NCBI GenBank assembly: GCA_973895155.1
Contig: OZ316893.1
Coordinates: 1-64,000 of the forward strand
Origin: Marsupella aquatica
Lineage: Eukaryota > Plantae > Marchantiophyta
Reading direction: 5' to 3'
DNA: 64,000 nucleotides
In this document: piece after piece, positions 11,209-24,343 of the stretch
Layout of the letters: each line of letters starts with the position of its first letter
How positions within the stretch are numbered: position 1 is the stretch's first letter
The notes under the pieces: model-generated
Databases searched by the model: none
The model's input: the letters and a program-made list of their open reading frames with translations, nothing else
What the model was told of the DNA's origin: nothing
Made by a program: the position numbers and the translations under genes

Positions 11209-13828
11209 ACACATCAAACATTGCAAACATTTAGTAAATCACCGATCTGAGTGGGTTAGGGTTATATAGTATAATAGCCTGAGAAATTGTATGTTTCTAC
11301 TTAGACGGGCCCACATGACCACTGGACACGAGCTTCACAGAGCACACATGGAATCTGATGTCAGTAAGGCCCTTTTCTATTATAACTAACCTACCGCTAA
11401 TTGGTCAAGTCTAAATTGTGCTAGAATGGAAGAAGACTGATCATAACGCTTGTGCTTTTCAGTGAGTATCGACCCAATTAAACAAGCATCTTTCAAGGAA
11501 TGAACGAAATCTCTCAAATGAATCAGAGCAATGAGTGAGTTGCTGCGATTCTTCTTCCTTCAAAGTCCCTACATATTGCTTTTTTATGTGAAGCTACCAC
11601 TACCCGACATATGGACAGGGGCCCTAAGGCACTTTCTGTCGGCCTCGTTTCCACCAGGCTGCTCCTACTTGGATGTCAATGTCTACCAAGGTGATTGCAG
11701 TGGTGATGCCATAGACCCTAATCTGTCACTCCGAATAATGTTGGACCCAGCAAAGCTGAGCTTAGAATAAACAATTGGGCAGCAACAGGCGTTTGATACC
11801 CAACGACGATTGGAATGGATTGAATGCCTCTCTCCTCTCCTCTCCTCTCCTCTCCTTGTCTCTGCTGCTGCCTTTTGAGCTGCAATCGGAAGCGCTTCAT
11901 CTTTCTTCGAGAACTCTGGCGATAGTTCACATTTTGACCCGAAGCTGCCCTGACGAGATGTCAAGATCTCTCTGGTTTGAGAGTCGAATGACGGATTGTG
12001 AATGAGTGAGTTGACAAAGATCCACAAATGATTTTTGACCTGAAACGACTTCACCATCATGTGAGCCTTCCGAATCATAATGAAGTCCTTCCAAAACATC
12101 AAACACATTAGTCTTCAGGATGTCAAAGTGTTCCCTGAAGAGCTTCTCGGTTTCCTCTTCAAATTTAGTTGCTGCAAACTTCCGAGCAAGTTTGAGCATC
12201 TGCCGTACATTATCTACTCCTAATCGTTGGCAAAGCTCAGCCTCGCAAAACTCAGCGTCGATGATTAATTAGCATCTAGAACAAATTGGAAGGGATATCT
12301 AGTGAAGGCCGATCGCGATGTAGCAGTGATGACAAAACAACGTTGTAGGTCCTGTTTGGAGGCCAATTCAACGACAGTGGTTTGTATCAGCCCATCAAAA
12401 GCGGAATAATGATCAGCGGAGGTTAACTATTTTTGTAAATTTGTAGCAGGTCCTAGTACAGAACCATAGTGCTGAAAGTTGCCCTTTCTTTCCCGGGGGG
12501 ACATTTATGACAGGACGTGATTGTTTCTCTCACCTAGAGATAGCCGATGGCATCACAATCGCTCTGGTGCTCCAGCCAAGCACAGCTCCTTGTTCCCAGA
12601 GCTACTGTCCAGAGTGCAAACTTACGTCGTGGCAGTCCTAGTGTGAACCAACCTTGATCAGGCCCCAAGAAAGCTGACAGAGCGGCTACATACTGAGGCT
12701 TGATTCCAAGCTATGCAAATCTTGCACTTATGTGAGCATGCTTTGTCCCAGATGGGAACTCTGCCCTCTGGGTCCGGCCCCGTAGCACCTGCTTGTCCCA
12801 GCTGTTTATCGAACTGTCCCCATTGCCCATTTGATCCGGCACTGTACAGCTGTAGCCCCTTTTCCTCCTTGCCCCCGCACTTTCGAATTGCAGCTCGAAT
12901 GAATGTGCACCGACTGAGCAGCCAGGTGGATCAAATCAGCTTTAGTATTATGTCAGTCTTTGCCTGCTGTTGCTCCCTTTGGCTCAGCATCCAAAGCTGC
13001 TGACTACCTCGGGCTTGTTTGATAGTAGGTAGGCATGGGGTCACTGCGAGTTGTTGTACTGTCCTGTATACTTTAGTGGCGCACCTCCTACCAAAGTATC
13101 ATGTCTTTCCCCTGCTCAAATCGGCTAAGGTTCTGTACCATAGCATCCGTCTATCATCGGTATCAAGTTCTAATCACATTGGCTTGCTACAACATTACTC
13201 CGACAAGTCTCAGTGACCCAACAGCATCGCGATCCCTAACTACTCCGCCAAATTTTCCAAAGCTCAGCACAGTATTGACTTTACACGTGACCTCTTAAGC
13301 AAACCATTCATTCCTGTAGACTCAAGCAACCGATGCTCAGAGTCTCATCGCCTTCGCAGATCATTGGGGGGCAACAAACCACCGGCAGCACTTGAGAGAT
13401 AGAAGGGATGCATGCCGACGCGGGAGCTCAATCACCACTGAACAGCCCCGCCTGGCATCACCATTCTCTGGCTCGTGGGGTCCCGCCTTCATTTCTTCAT
13501 CGTTTTGCTTCTCGTTGGACTATCGCAGCTTGAGTTTTTCAATTGGGCTTGTTACCAGTCTTGTCGTCTTGAGCTTCATCGAGGAGTCTCTAACATGTGT
13601 ACTTGCGCTCGTCTGGTTAGATCGACTTTGTATCGACTGCTGCTGCCAACAGATCCTTGTGGTGAGTTCTCCCTTCTCTAGTTCGAATGTAATATCTTCC
13701 CTCCATTCTGTTGTGCCTCCCCCTAGAGTCCTGTGGGCAGGATAGAGATGGATCCTCCGAGCTTGTATAGGAGGAGAGATTGATGGACAATGGTTCAATT
13801 AGCAAAGAGGCGATTTGATCGCATGCGT

Positions 13829-14050
13829 AAGTATGCAGAGAATGATGTCATTGTCCCGGCAAAGTTAAAAGAGTTTCTGAACGCAGAGCAAGGTGAAACC
13901 GAGGTTACATTGGGTGATGCCGAGAAGATCATCAATGAGCAGATGGCTCACGAGAATACGATATTGATGAAAGCGAAGCACTCCTTCACATTGGATGCAT
14001 TCCTCCGGTACCTTCTCGACCCGGTTGTCAACATTGCTTACTTAAACAAG
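13829..14050 (+). pseudogene. Phosphoinositide phospholipase C EF-hand exon fragment
   Basis: KYAENDV...LKEFLNAEQGE...DAEKII...FTLDAFLRYLLD followed by a GT donor at 14051. No X/Y domain exons were found. Confidence 0.75.
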
Positions 14051-14475
14051 GTGAGACGAAACTAGATGCGTCAATTTTTCCGTTTCTCATGTCTCGAGTA
14101 AGGCACGAATTAGAGTGGAGCCAATCCAGTACTTCACGGTGAATTCTAGCACACTATTGTGGCTGCGGTAGTAGGCAGATCGGTGCAGATTGACTTGTGT
14201 GTTCCGACAATGAGTGATTCTATAAAGCTGTGAAGAGGGTCTATATATGGCGGATCTTTATAGGTACGGATGGCTCATAGGCAGTTTTGTTGACTTTCGT
14301 GGTCGGAAGCTGCCTTCAATCTGTCCCGAGATAAGGCTGAGAAATGCTTGCCATATTCAGGGGAAACTAGGTTCTCATTGTGTGTAAATTAAGGCTTCAA
14401 GAAAAAATGACTAGTCTTGAGGGCTATAGTTCAATTTTTATTGATCATTGATCTGAGGTTTTGTCCTTCTTCTAC

Positions 14476-14575
14476 ATTGCAGGATGTTGTGCATCTATAG
14501 TGAGAAATAATTATATCTCGTCATTGAGTTTGATGACCTGGACTTCAAGAGGCATGGACTTCTCCCCACATTTTG
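14476..14575 (+). pseudogene. Decayed single exon of a CDKA-type cyclin-dependent kinase
   Basis: Reads [30 protein letters not shown] across frameshifts, versus CDKA [28 protein letters not shown]. Confidence 0.65.
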
Positions 14576-14791
14576 AAATTACATTCTGGTGGGTGCAATA
14601 GGTCCAATTTATATGTGCGGTGCAACGTTACATTGAAAAACCTCAATTGGTGCTTCTACTAGAGCAAGGTTGAGGTGAGCCGGGGAGTTGGAGTTTCTAT
14701 CTAATCTTTGCAATTCATATTTCAATGAGATCTGTGCAGACACATTGACCGTGTATTTTTCTACAAGTTTTATTCTTCAAAAATCCAAAAA

Positions 14792-16433
14792 ATGACATTT
14801 CCACAACCCACTCAAGTAAGTAACATAATATCTATTTTTTTCAATCATTTTTAAAAAAATTATTAATATAATAGACATTATGGATTTAAGTAACTAAAAA
14901 ATATTATATTATTACAAGTTTATATTAATTTTTTAATCAAAATTCTGATTGGTAATAAATATTTACTATATTTAATAGTGTAACAGTTTTATTTAAAAAG
15001 TTTGGAAAACAATTTGATTAGTACTGACACAAAAATGCAATTTGACAATTTTGCAGATGCTCCATAAACGAAGGGAGAGGAGAAAAAATGAAAATAAATT
15101 TCATGAATATGGCGCCGAATTTTCTATCATAACATTTTGTTCAATATGGGATTATCTAAGCAAATTATGTGAATCTAAACAACAATTTATTTTATATTGG
15201 ATTTTAAAAAATGAAAATATTTTTGTATATTTTGTTACACACATTTTACAAATAAATGTGTCCAATTTTTCAAGAGCTAAATTTTTGAATGGGTATAACA
15301 ACTGCAGAAGTGCAATTTCACCAATTCTCCCTCTTCAAACACTTCAACAAACCGAGAAAATCTTTCATCATCATCAACAGAGACAAAAATTGCCTCCACT
15401 ATTGAAAAAATTCATGGGAAAATTTCACATCCTTAACCTATCCCAACTCCGTACCTTACAAGTAGAGAGGGTAGCTTCTTGTAAAGTTGACAATACATTC
15501 TCTTCAACACAAGTAGAAGTGCAACAAATATCAAAATCACAACTGAAAAAATTGACTGGAGTGATAATGGGAAATTGGAATGAAGACATGACTAAAACCA
15601 ATCATAGTAATCTTACATTCACATTTGAGCGTTATCCATCAAATTTTCTAGTGATAGAGAAATCTGAAAATATTGTTTACTTTTACGACAAGTCAGGGAA
15701 AAAGCCTTGGCTTGTAGCAATGCTTATGCACCAACAAATATTGGGAGTGACAACATTACAATTCATTCGAAAACTTTTGAGTGCATTGTTTGTTGCTCAT
15801 TCTCCATTTCAAAGAGGCGAGGGGAAAAAAGCTTTTGACAGCTTCATGACAGGATATGGTCCTTGGAATAGCAGTTACATGGGTGGCCGTTTGACTTATT
15901 ACACACACCAGAAGAAGATGAATACCATTTTCGATGATTGCCTTGATGTCAAAGATTTTGAGAAGTGGATCGATAAATATTCACATATTGAACTTATGGA
16001 TATTATATTGGGGCTTTATATGTGGTGGTGCCCAGAGATGATAGAGTGTTTTTTGGAATACTCTCATCCGTACTTACTATCATCTGATGGTGACAAATAT
16101 CATGGAAGTGAAGAGCAGATAGGGGAGAATGTTAGACCTAGTACTTACCAATTATATATAAGTGAGGATTATTGTGTGCAAACACATGCTGATGATGATG
16201 CAACTGACTTCACCTTAGCGTATGCTAGTCATCCTGACCATTTCCTTTCAGCAATCGATTTTGTAATTCCAGAGTATGGAATTCGATTGCCAATTAGAGA
16301 TGGAAATCTATTTGCATTTCGGAGCGATGTTGTTCATGGTACAGGCTTTAGAATGAAAACATCGAATCCTGCATATGTTGGAGCTATTACCGTGAATAAA
16401 AACCTCAGCAGACTGATGCAAAAATTACATTAA
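14792..16433 (+). CDS. TET/JBP-like 2OG-Fe(II) dioxygenase, copy 1 (probable 8-codon exon 14792-14815, intron 14816-15056, main exon 15057-16433)
   Basis: Intact ORF. THADDD (His at 16185)...FVIPEYGIRLPIRDGNLFAFRSDVVHGT (His at 16335) gives an HxD..H triad in a DSBH pattern. A GTAAGT...TTGCAG phase-0 intron joins in frame. Confidence 0.7.
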
Positions 16434-17330
16434 AATTATTGTGTAGATGTGCTCTCCCGGGGCAAGCTGAGAGCGCTTGGAGGGGCTACTCAAAGTGGTG
16501 AGTGCTCGTAGGGTGGAGATGACACCATGGTCATTTTGGATTTAGCCTGGTCATCATTATATTTGGTATTGAAATTCAGATTCTGACGTCATTTTAGCGA
16601 TTCTTTCAAGAAGAGTAAGGGTTTGGCATAATCTCGTTGAAAAATGGAATGTTGTCATCATGACTTTGCAATATTGGGCATGTTGAGGTGTGAAAGGTAA
16701 GGCATGTTACTTGTTATGGGGGTGATATATTGAAATGGGGAGGTTTTGCAAGATAGAAGAACTCAAATAAATCAACTCAAAGGTGGAATTGACATGATCA
16801 GCACACGTACCCTTGAGAGTAACAAACACTTTGATGATGAGGCACCAACCACAAGTTGCAAACCCCAAAGGACAAGGGTGGGTGTGGATGTCCGGAAAAT
16901 GGTCTTATTCTTGTGGGGTTAGTGGTATGCATTCATTGTATGACTTTGTAGAAGAAACATACAGGCAACTTCACCTTGTTTAGTAAATCACCCTTATTGG
17001 GCTTGTTACTTGCTTCCCATGGGCTGAAGATACAACTGTAGAGATTCTATATAGGTGGGCATCCAAACTCATCAAGGGCATAGTTACACTTGATTTGCGT
17101 GAACACCTCCAGTCATCAAATTATTGAATGTTGTCCAAACTAATCTTCTAAGCCATTTTGGTTTGCCATGACACAACCCATGCAGACCATTGAAATAAGC
17201 ACATGTGAAACTGATTTTTTTGAATACCCTGTCTGATTCTTGTAGGCCCGCTTGTAGGTCCATTACAAGGAGAGTGAATTGCAGAATTGGCCATTGTTTC
17301 TAACGGGTCTGGAAGGCTTGACAAGGTTAG

Positions 17331-17990
17331 TACATCTTAACACTTGCATTTTATGATTGACATGAGGGCATTCCAGCACTCATGTTGCAAGGCAGGGGGC
17401 TGTTTCACCTGGATTCAATTATGATAAGAATTACATATAAAAGTAGTTCTAAAGGAAGAATTAAATTCACATCCTTTATTGCCTCCTATTATTTTCACCT
17501 TCCCATGTACTTGTTTCGTCTTAGGGTATCACAATATTTCTGGGGGCGGTGGTGGTTGGAAAAGGTTGGCACATTTTGACACTTGCATTTAACAATTGAG
17601 ATAAGGGCATTCCGGCACTCATGTTGCAAGGCAGGGGGCTGTTTGACCCGGAGTCAATCATACAAAAATTATATATAAAAGTAGAAAAAAAAAAAACCAA
17701 ATTCACATCCTACATTTCCTCCTACTGTTTTCCCTCTCCTGCTTGTTTCTATTATGGTATCATATTATTTCTAAAGAAGGAGGGGGGCAGCTCAAAAAAG
17801 TTAATATATCTTGACACTTACATTTTAATGATTGAGATGAGGGCATTCCGGCACTCATGTTGCAAGGCAGGGGGCTGTTTGACCCGGACTCAATCATACA
17901 AGAATTACATATAAAAGTAGAAAAGAAAAACCAAATTCACATTCTACATTTCCTCCTACTATTTTCACTTTCTTACTTGTTTCTATTATA
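17331..17990. repeat. Three tandem ~238-bp diverged repeats
   Basis: gggcattccRgcactcatgttgcaaggcagggggctgttt recurs in units starting at ~17331, 17571 and 17806. Confidence 0.88.
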
Positions 17991-20622
17991 GTTGTAGTTT
18001 GCCAGAGAGAACCAAAAGCACACTTTTATGTCTCTAAACTTTTATGAACCCTAAAGTTCCACTGACCATTTGTCTTATGAATCTATACAACACAGCGGTG
18101 TTATATGAATTCACATGGTCCGAGAATTCCCAAGATTACAGGGATTTATGAAAATATACATTTTGACTAGGATGACAAAGATTTAGAGTAAAGAATTCTT
18201 TATTTTCACACAAAGTGCATTTTGGAATGACATGGGAGTTTAAAAGTTTACATGGATATCCTCTACGAATGCATGATTCTTTCAACATCCCATCCGAGCT
18301 TATGACTCTTTTTGGTCTTTCGCCGTGGTTTAAAAAGCAAAAGCCAACGCCCGCTGAATGACTCCCTTTTTGCTAAAAGACGTTAAAACAAAAGCTCAAT
18401 TTAGTCAATTGACACATTAGCTGTCCGCTATAAAGTTGGATTGCACGACATCACGAGTGACGTGTTTACCATGTTTTGGGAGCTATTCCTTCACAGTAGC
18501 TGTAACCTTCTCCCAAGCCTGGTGGGTTGTGTTGTTGAGAGATCGCTACTACTACAGTACTCGTTCTGTTGACGGACGATCAGCTGGGCAGGAAAGCAAG
18601 GAGCGATACAAATCAGACTTTGAGATTTGTAACTCGATTCTGACCTCTGTGTCAATTAGTAACATTTGGCAGTACTATCTGCGGGTTTCCTTCTCAAGCT
18701 ATCACCAATGGAGAAATCGAGTCGTTGGTCAGTCTGTTTTACTGGACCATTGCACCTTCATTCGCCGGTGCCCCATGATCAGAAACCAGCGTCAATTGTA
18801 TCAGAATTTGTGAAATCAAGATCTAAAGTGCCTTGGTCCTCTTAAAGCGACAGGTTGCCAACCAGCTTTCATAGCAGATCGGAAGGAAAAATTGAACTAA
18901 GTCTGCCTCACTGAAGGTGCATGTTTACGGATTTTACACGTCTTGCCTCTACCACTTCTGTTGACATTTTGTCCTAGCTCAGTGACTGAGGTAGACTTGT
19001 GATGATATCCGAAACTCTATGTTAAGTGTATGCGGAAAAGAGATAGTCCTATGAATATCTTAAGAACGTCCTTGAACTAAAGGACATGAGGGGCATTTTG
19101 ACTAAAGCTTTGTACAGATCATTTAGAGTAGGTCCATATCAATAGACATAAGTTTACGGCTGGAGTTAGTAGCCATTCGGATTAATACAACACGGCACCT
19201 TAGGCATACTCCAAATCCCACCTTGTAATTTTACTGGAGACCCCAGTTTTGATCAGGTTGACGGCACTTTGTCTAGCTACTCAATTGATTCAGAGCCCTA
19301 CACCAGCTTGCCAATTTGTGATGGCATAAATGAAGGAATTTTGCGTCCTCATCGGCCGCTGCAGTCTAGCTCGTCTACCAGCAAGACAAGCGCGAACCAT
19401 ACTTACACCAATAGGTTCAGATCCATGATTTAGGAAAATAACCTTTTTTGGGAAGCGTTCGCGGCACCAGATGGGACCCGGCCCCATGCCTATCGATCTC
19501 ATGAGTGCCTCTGTAATTATTTGCCTTGTTTTGAGCTGTCACTTACATAATCGTACTGTCTGGAGTCTCCAGACAAGAAGTTTTGTTTGATTTGCCTTGT
19601 TTTGAGCTGAGGCAAGAATCGTACCCACATCTTAATTTCAATGAAGAGCAGATTGAGACTCTGCAATAATACTGCAAGAAGTCGCCCACGTACGAAAGGT
19701 TGTTCTGAAATTGGCTAGTGACCGAGTTCCAGTAATAATGATTCAACTTAGATTACAAACGTTATAGACGAGGAGAGAAGTAGTTTTCACCGCATTCTGC
19801 AGACCACGACCGACCTAATCTGAAACGTCGAGGCTCTTATTCACAATGAGGAGTAATCCCCAAAATCAGGCAGCTTGAAATCTGAAACCTTGGATAATAA
19901 GTGGGCTGCTATGGCAGTATAGTGTTGACAACACCTCAGAAACACAGACCTCTAAATCTTGTGGAGATGAAAGCACCGACTGATTTCTCACATGGTAAGG
20001 GACTCCATTAATCTTAATAAACGATCATGATATGGCCAGGAACTAAACTGTAGCAGAAGATAGTTTATTGCGTTGATCTTTATGCACCACCAAGCCAGTA
20101 GCATCTTCTAAACCAAGTCAACTGGATAGAAAGTTGGAATTAGGTCCAGAACATTATTTTGTAGCTAAACAAAAACAATTACGACACAGGAGCACATATC
20201 CACCATCATTTCTTATGTTTTCCTAAATTGCCATCTACAGAAAATATCGTAGATGTCCCTAGCCCTCATATGCAGAAGGCATTCACGAAATCACATTCCA
20301 TTTCCAATGACAAGAGCACAGCTTATAGGGAAGAGTACAACTGCAGCAGCTCGAAACAACCTAGACAGACATTGAAGGAGAAGTATTTCGCCCCGTACAG
20401 AGTGCGCATTTACACATTGGAGATTCGAGAAGAATTTTGATCTCGAAATACTTCACACTATTGTGTCATGTTGGTCATGCCAATTTGCACCTTGCTGCAA
20501 ATGCATGGCTGGCTGCTGGCGCGGCCAAATAGAAAGGGGGAGTGTTGGGTAGACATTAGTCGTATGCGGGTGCTCATCTTGCTCTAAGATAGAGGCGATG
20601 GGGCAAGGGTAGGCGCTGAGGT

Positions 20623-21265
20623 ATGATTAACAAAATATCGAAGCGCCTGCCGATTTGCAACAAAGGGAGTAATGGGCCGAATGACCCCAATGAACCAGGA
20701 TCTGTAGGCGCCTCAACAACTGGAGGGGTTGGACCTGCAGCTCTGGCCCCAGCCCCGGCTGCTGCATATTTAGTTAATCTGCTGCGGGAGCTAGGGCTGC
20801 TGTAGGCCCCAGTAGCAGGAATAACGCTTTGATCAACGGCATCGGTACCCCAAGATTTGGACCAGGAAAGGAGAAGTTGTTACCAAACTTGACTCACAAT
20901 GGTTGAGGTCCCTTTTTCTATCCTCTGCCTGCTTTCAAAGACCTTCCAAATTCTGACAGGCAGAACTTGTTCATTAACAGCTCCATCTTTGCTGTTACAC
21001 TTTTGACTTCACTGACCCGACAAAGAATGTCAATGACAAAGAGATTAAGAAGCAAACCTTAGTGGAGCTGATGGAAGATGCGACATCGGGAACAGGGAAG
21101 TTCACGGAGGCTGTGTTCGAAGATATCACCAAAATGCATGTAACAAGCCTGTTTCGTACGCTACCCCCCTCCTCTCATGAAAATACCGGAGTTGATAACT
21201 TTGATCCCAAAGAGGAGGATCCAACCTTAGAACCGGCATGGCCCCATCTTCAAATACTGTACGAG
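20623..21265 (+). pseudogene. 5' fragment of PP2A B' (B56) regulatory subunit
   Basis: PLPAFKDLPNSDRQNLFI, LCCYTFDFTDPTKN..KEIKKQTLVEL, LFRTLPP..EEDPTLEPAWPHLQILYE. Contains frameshifts/stop and is truncated. Confidence 0.88.
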
Positions 21266-21783
21266 GTATGTATTTGAAGTCAATTTACAGGATATCAATG
21301 AAGTCAAAAGCGGGCACTTCGGGTTTCAGCCCGGATCGCTCAGCTTGAGCATAGAATGCACTCAGTTACAGCAGTCAAATCTCTGTGGCTAGACGTACTA
21401 CGAGTGCTGAATCTGCACTTCAATGTAGCCGCTTCGGTGAGCGTCCGAGGTCCACACTTTGAAGCATTCAGCTCCACTGGCGCACAATAAGAGGCACGAC
21501 AAATCTAATTACTTTTGAACAATCTAACTCTCTCAAAAGCGGGACTTCTAGGCAATGGATCATCAAGGTTTAATTCACTCTCCACAAGGTGCATGATCTT
21601 GCAACTTGGTCAGCACACTCTTCGGTTCAATCCCCCCAAGACTTTGGGTCTGCTTAGCTTGGTCGGGATGCCCGATCCTACATCCTATTGTTATATGTTG
21701 TTTCTTTGGCGTCTAGGTACCGTGGTTTCCCCATATGGATTGATCTGGGCCTTTCTCCCCTGACTCTCGGCCTTTGGCACTGA

Positions 21784-22022
21784 AGCAAAAGTTTTGGCCT
21801 TTTCTTGCCTCCTCAGCTCAACCTCCCCCTCTCACCCACCCCTTCCTGAAAGGAAAAAAAATTCACACATCAGGAGAGTCCGTAAAGCAGGTCAGTTGTA
21901 AGAAAGAGAAAAAGCTTAGCAAAAGTTTTGGCCTTTGATTGCCTCTCAACCTCCCCCTGCCACCCACCCTTCCCGAACGAAAGAAAAATTCACACATCAG
22001 GAGAGTCCGTAAAGCAGGTCAG
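21784..22022. repeat. Two-copy ~130-bp duplication
   Basis: agcaaaagttttggccttt...cacacatcaggagagtccgtaaagcaggtcag occurs twice. Confidence 0.8.
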
Positions 22023-23439
22023 CTTGTCAGCTGTAAGAGAGAGAAATATTGTTAGTATATAGGATTTATGTTGGCCCTATGAAGGTGGGTCAAAGGTGTG
22101 CATTGCGCCTAGCTAGGGTGCCTGTAAGACGCATGTGTAATGGTGGAATGCAATTCTATACATATTATTTTTGAGGCTAAGGGGGTGGGACAAGGTGGCT
22201 GCACAGAGCCTGTCATTATGTTATCAGTATGCTCATCATCTTTCCTCTCCAGCCTTCTGCTGCTATGCTTGGGAAGCCTGGGATTCCCTTTCGGGTTGTT
22301 ATGTTGTTTTGGACTAAGATAATCCAATGAAGGTAAACGACAGAACAAGAAGATGATATTTCTAGGAGAAGCTCCGTGCATGCACAATGGGTTAAAGAGT
22401 GGAGATTCGGACACAGGAGGCCGGGGAGAAGGACCCTGAAAATCGGGAATCGGCAAAGGAAATGTAAACACAAGCAGCGTTGTGCTAGAGCAGCGGCCAG
22501 ATTTGCTTCTTTAAATAGAAGGCAGTAGAAAGGGAAGGGGGGGATGTAATCAAATTCGCGGCAGCTTCATTCGGTGGGCCACATTGGCTGACAATTGTTT
22601 TTTGAAACCGCGGACTTGAGATTTAGTTGGCTTCAATGTGCTGGGCACTTAAGATCGACCTTGGAGCTTCAAAAGTAGAAATTGGGATGTATGAGCTGCA
22701 ATTGCCAAAATGCGTATGAGCTGCAATTGCTAAACTGCGTCTTGTTGATTGATCACTCTACTATAGAGGCCGCCTTCAGTATATTGACCCCACGTCAGTA
22801 CAGTGCTCGCTAAAATGATTAGAGACTACAAACATATAAAGACAAATAATGCCACTCAATTGACGACAATCTTTATTTTTGGTTCTTTTGTTTGTACACC
22901 AACAACTGATTCATAGATCCACAATTTCATCATTATTGTAATGCAAGGTACACGGGCCGTACCAATCCGGCAGAAGTACATCTTGGTTCGTCTAAGCAAC
23001 TATCCTTTCGTTCTCGGTTGACTAACCCCTATCTGCATTTCAGCGCACTGAGACCATTCTTGGTCCGTCTAAGGAACTATCTTCTTGCTCTCGCTTGACT
23101 AGTCCTTATCAGTATGTGCATCCACTGAGACATTGCTTGTGGAGAGAGCATTTGCTTTGAACTAGATCAAACAGAGTACTAAAGCTCTATTATTGAACTT
23201 CAAGGAATTCTCGTGGTTCAAGCATCGTCAGAATGAGCTGAAAATTCAAATACAGCTCTGGAAATAAATGAGTAACAACATCAATTGACACAGCTGTGCA
23301 TGTAACTCGGGCAACTGCAATGAACATTACTGAGAGCTAATAAGTCTTCTGAAGGACTAGATTTCACTTTTGTCAGCTGCGGCTAGGATGTTGTACTTCT
23401 CCGCCCGGACCGCCCGGGTCTCCGCCTCTCTTGGGTGTG

Positions 23440-23560
23440 TTAGATATTTCTCTTCTTGTCGGTACTTGAGTCATTTGACCACCGGCATCAATGAAGGCAG
23501 CAACTGCAGCCATCGCTGCTCCGGCTCCCAGTCCCACAGGTATTCTGCCAGCTCTCAAGG
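23440..23560 (-). pseudogene. C-terminal fragment of a Tim17/22/23-family (OEP16-3/B14.7-like) gene
   Basis: RAGRIPVGLGAGAAMAAVAAFIDAGGQMT resembles the IP.AI.AGA.LA.TSA.ID.GGQTT end of OEP16-3 (from memory). Confidence 0.5.
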
Positions 23561-23810
23561 CCTAGAATAGAACCAGCCAAAACAAACTTGAGAGGGGACA
23601 AAAACAGCAACCCTTAATCAGCGCTAACCTCTGTTAGGGTATATGCTCAAGCCTAGAATAGAACCAGCCAAAACAAACTTGAGAGAGACAAAAACAGCAA
23701 CCTCTGTTACGTATATGCTCAAGCCTAGAATAGAACCAGCCAAAACAAACTTGAGAGGGGACAAAAACAGCAACCCTTAATCAGCGCTAGCCTTTGTTAG
23801 GTATATGCTC
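23561..23810. repeat. Three tandem 70-90-bp repeats
   Basis: gcctagaatagaaccagccaaaacaaacttgagag occurs three times. Confidence 0.9.
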
Positions 23811-24146
23811 CCAGCAGGGACATTACCTTGTTATTTTGGGGGGCGGTTTGTCTTTCTGGCTACTTTAATTAGCGGTGTTGTGCTGGGGATAACCGGGGAC
23901 ATAGATTGGTTAGGACAAGGCACTTGATACTCACTAGCATAATCTTAATTAAACTAACAAAACTCCACGAGGCAAGCATGACCTTCTTTCTCAGATCAGG
24001 TTTAGGTAGCACGAAGTCACTACAATTTCTGCATGTGTAGCACAAGATTAATCATATATATACTACTAGTTAGCGGGGATCAATTGTACAGGCTTCATTA
24101 GTATCTCACTTGGAATCAGACTTGGGTGGCATAATAGCGGTACAAT

Positions 24147-24343
24147 ACTATGTGCTTCGGTAGCTTAATATGATCGATAGAGTTTGTACCATTGGCGAGA
24201 GGTGCTCGCCTACTATGTGCTTCTGTAGCTTATGATCGATAGAGTTTGTACCATCAGCAAGAGGTGCTCGCGGAGGTGCTCGCCTACTATGTGCTTCTGT
24301 AGCCTATGATCGATAGAGTTTGTACCATCAGCAAGAGGTGCTC
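24147..24343. repeat. Three tandem ~65-bp repeats
   Basis: tactatgtgcttc...tatgatcgatagagtttgtaccat...gaggtgctcg occurs three times. Confidence 0.88.

Noticed and set aside
11927-13130. Exon-like minus-strand stretches
   Set aside because: Probably further captured fragments, but I could not recognise the families.
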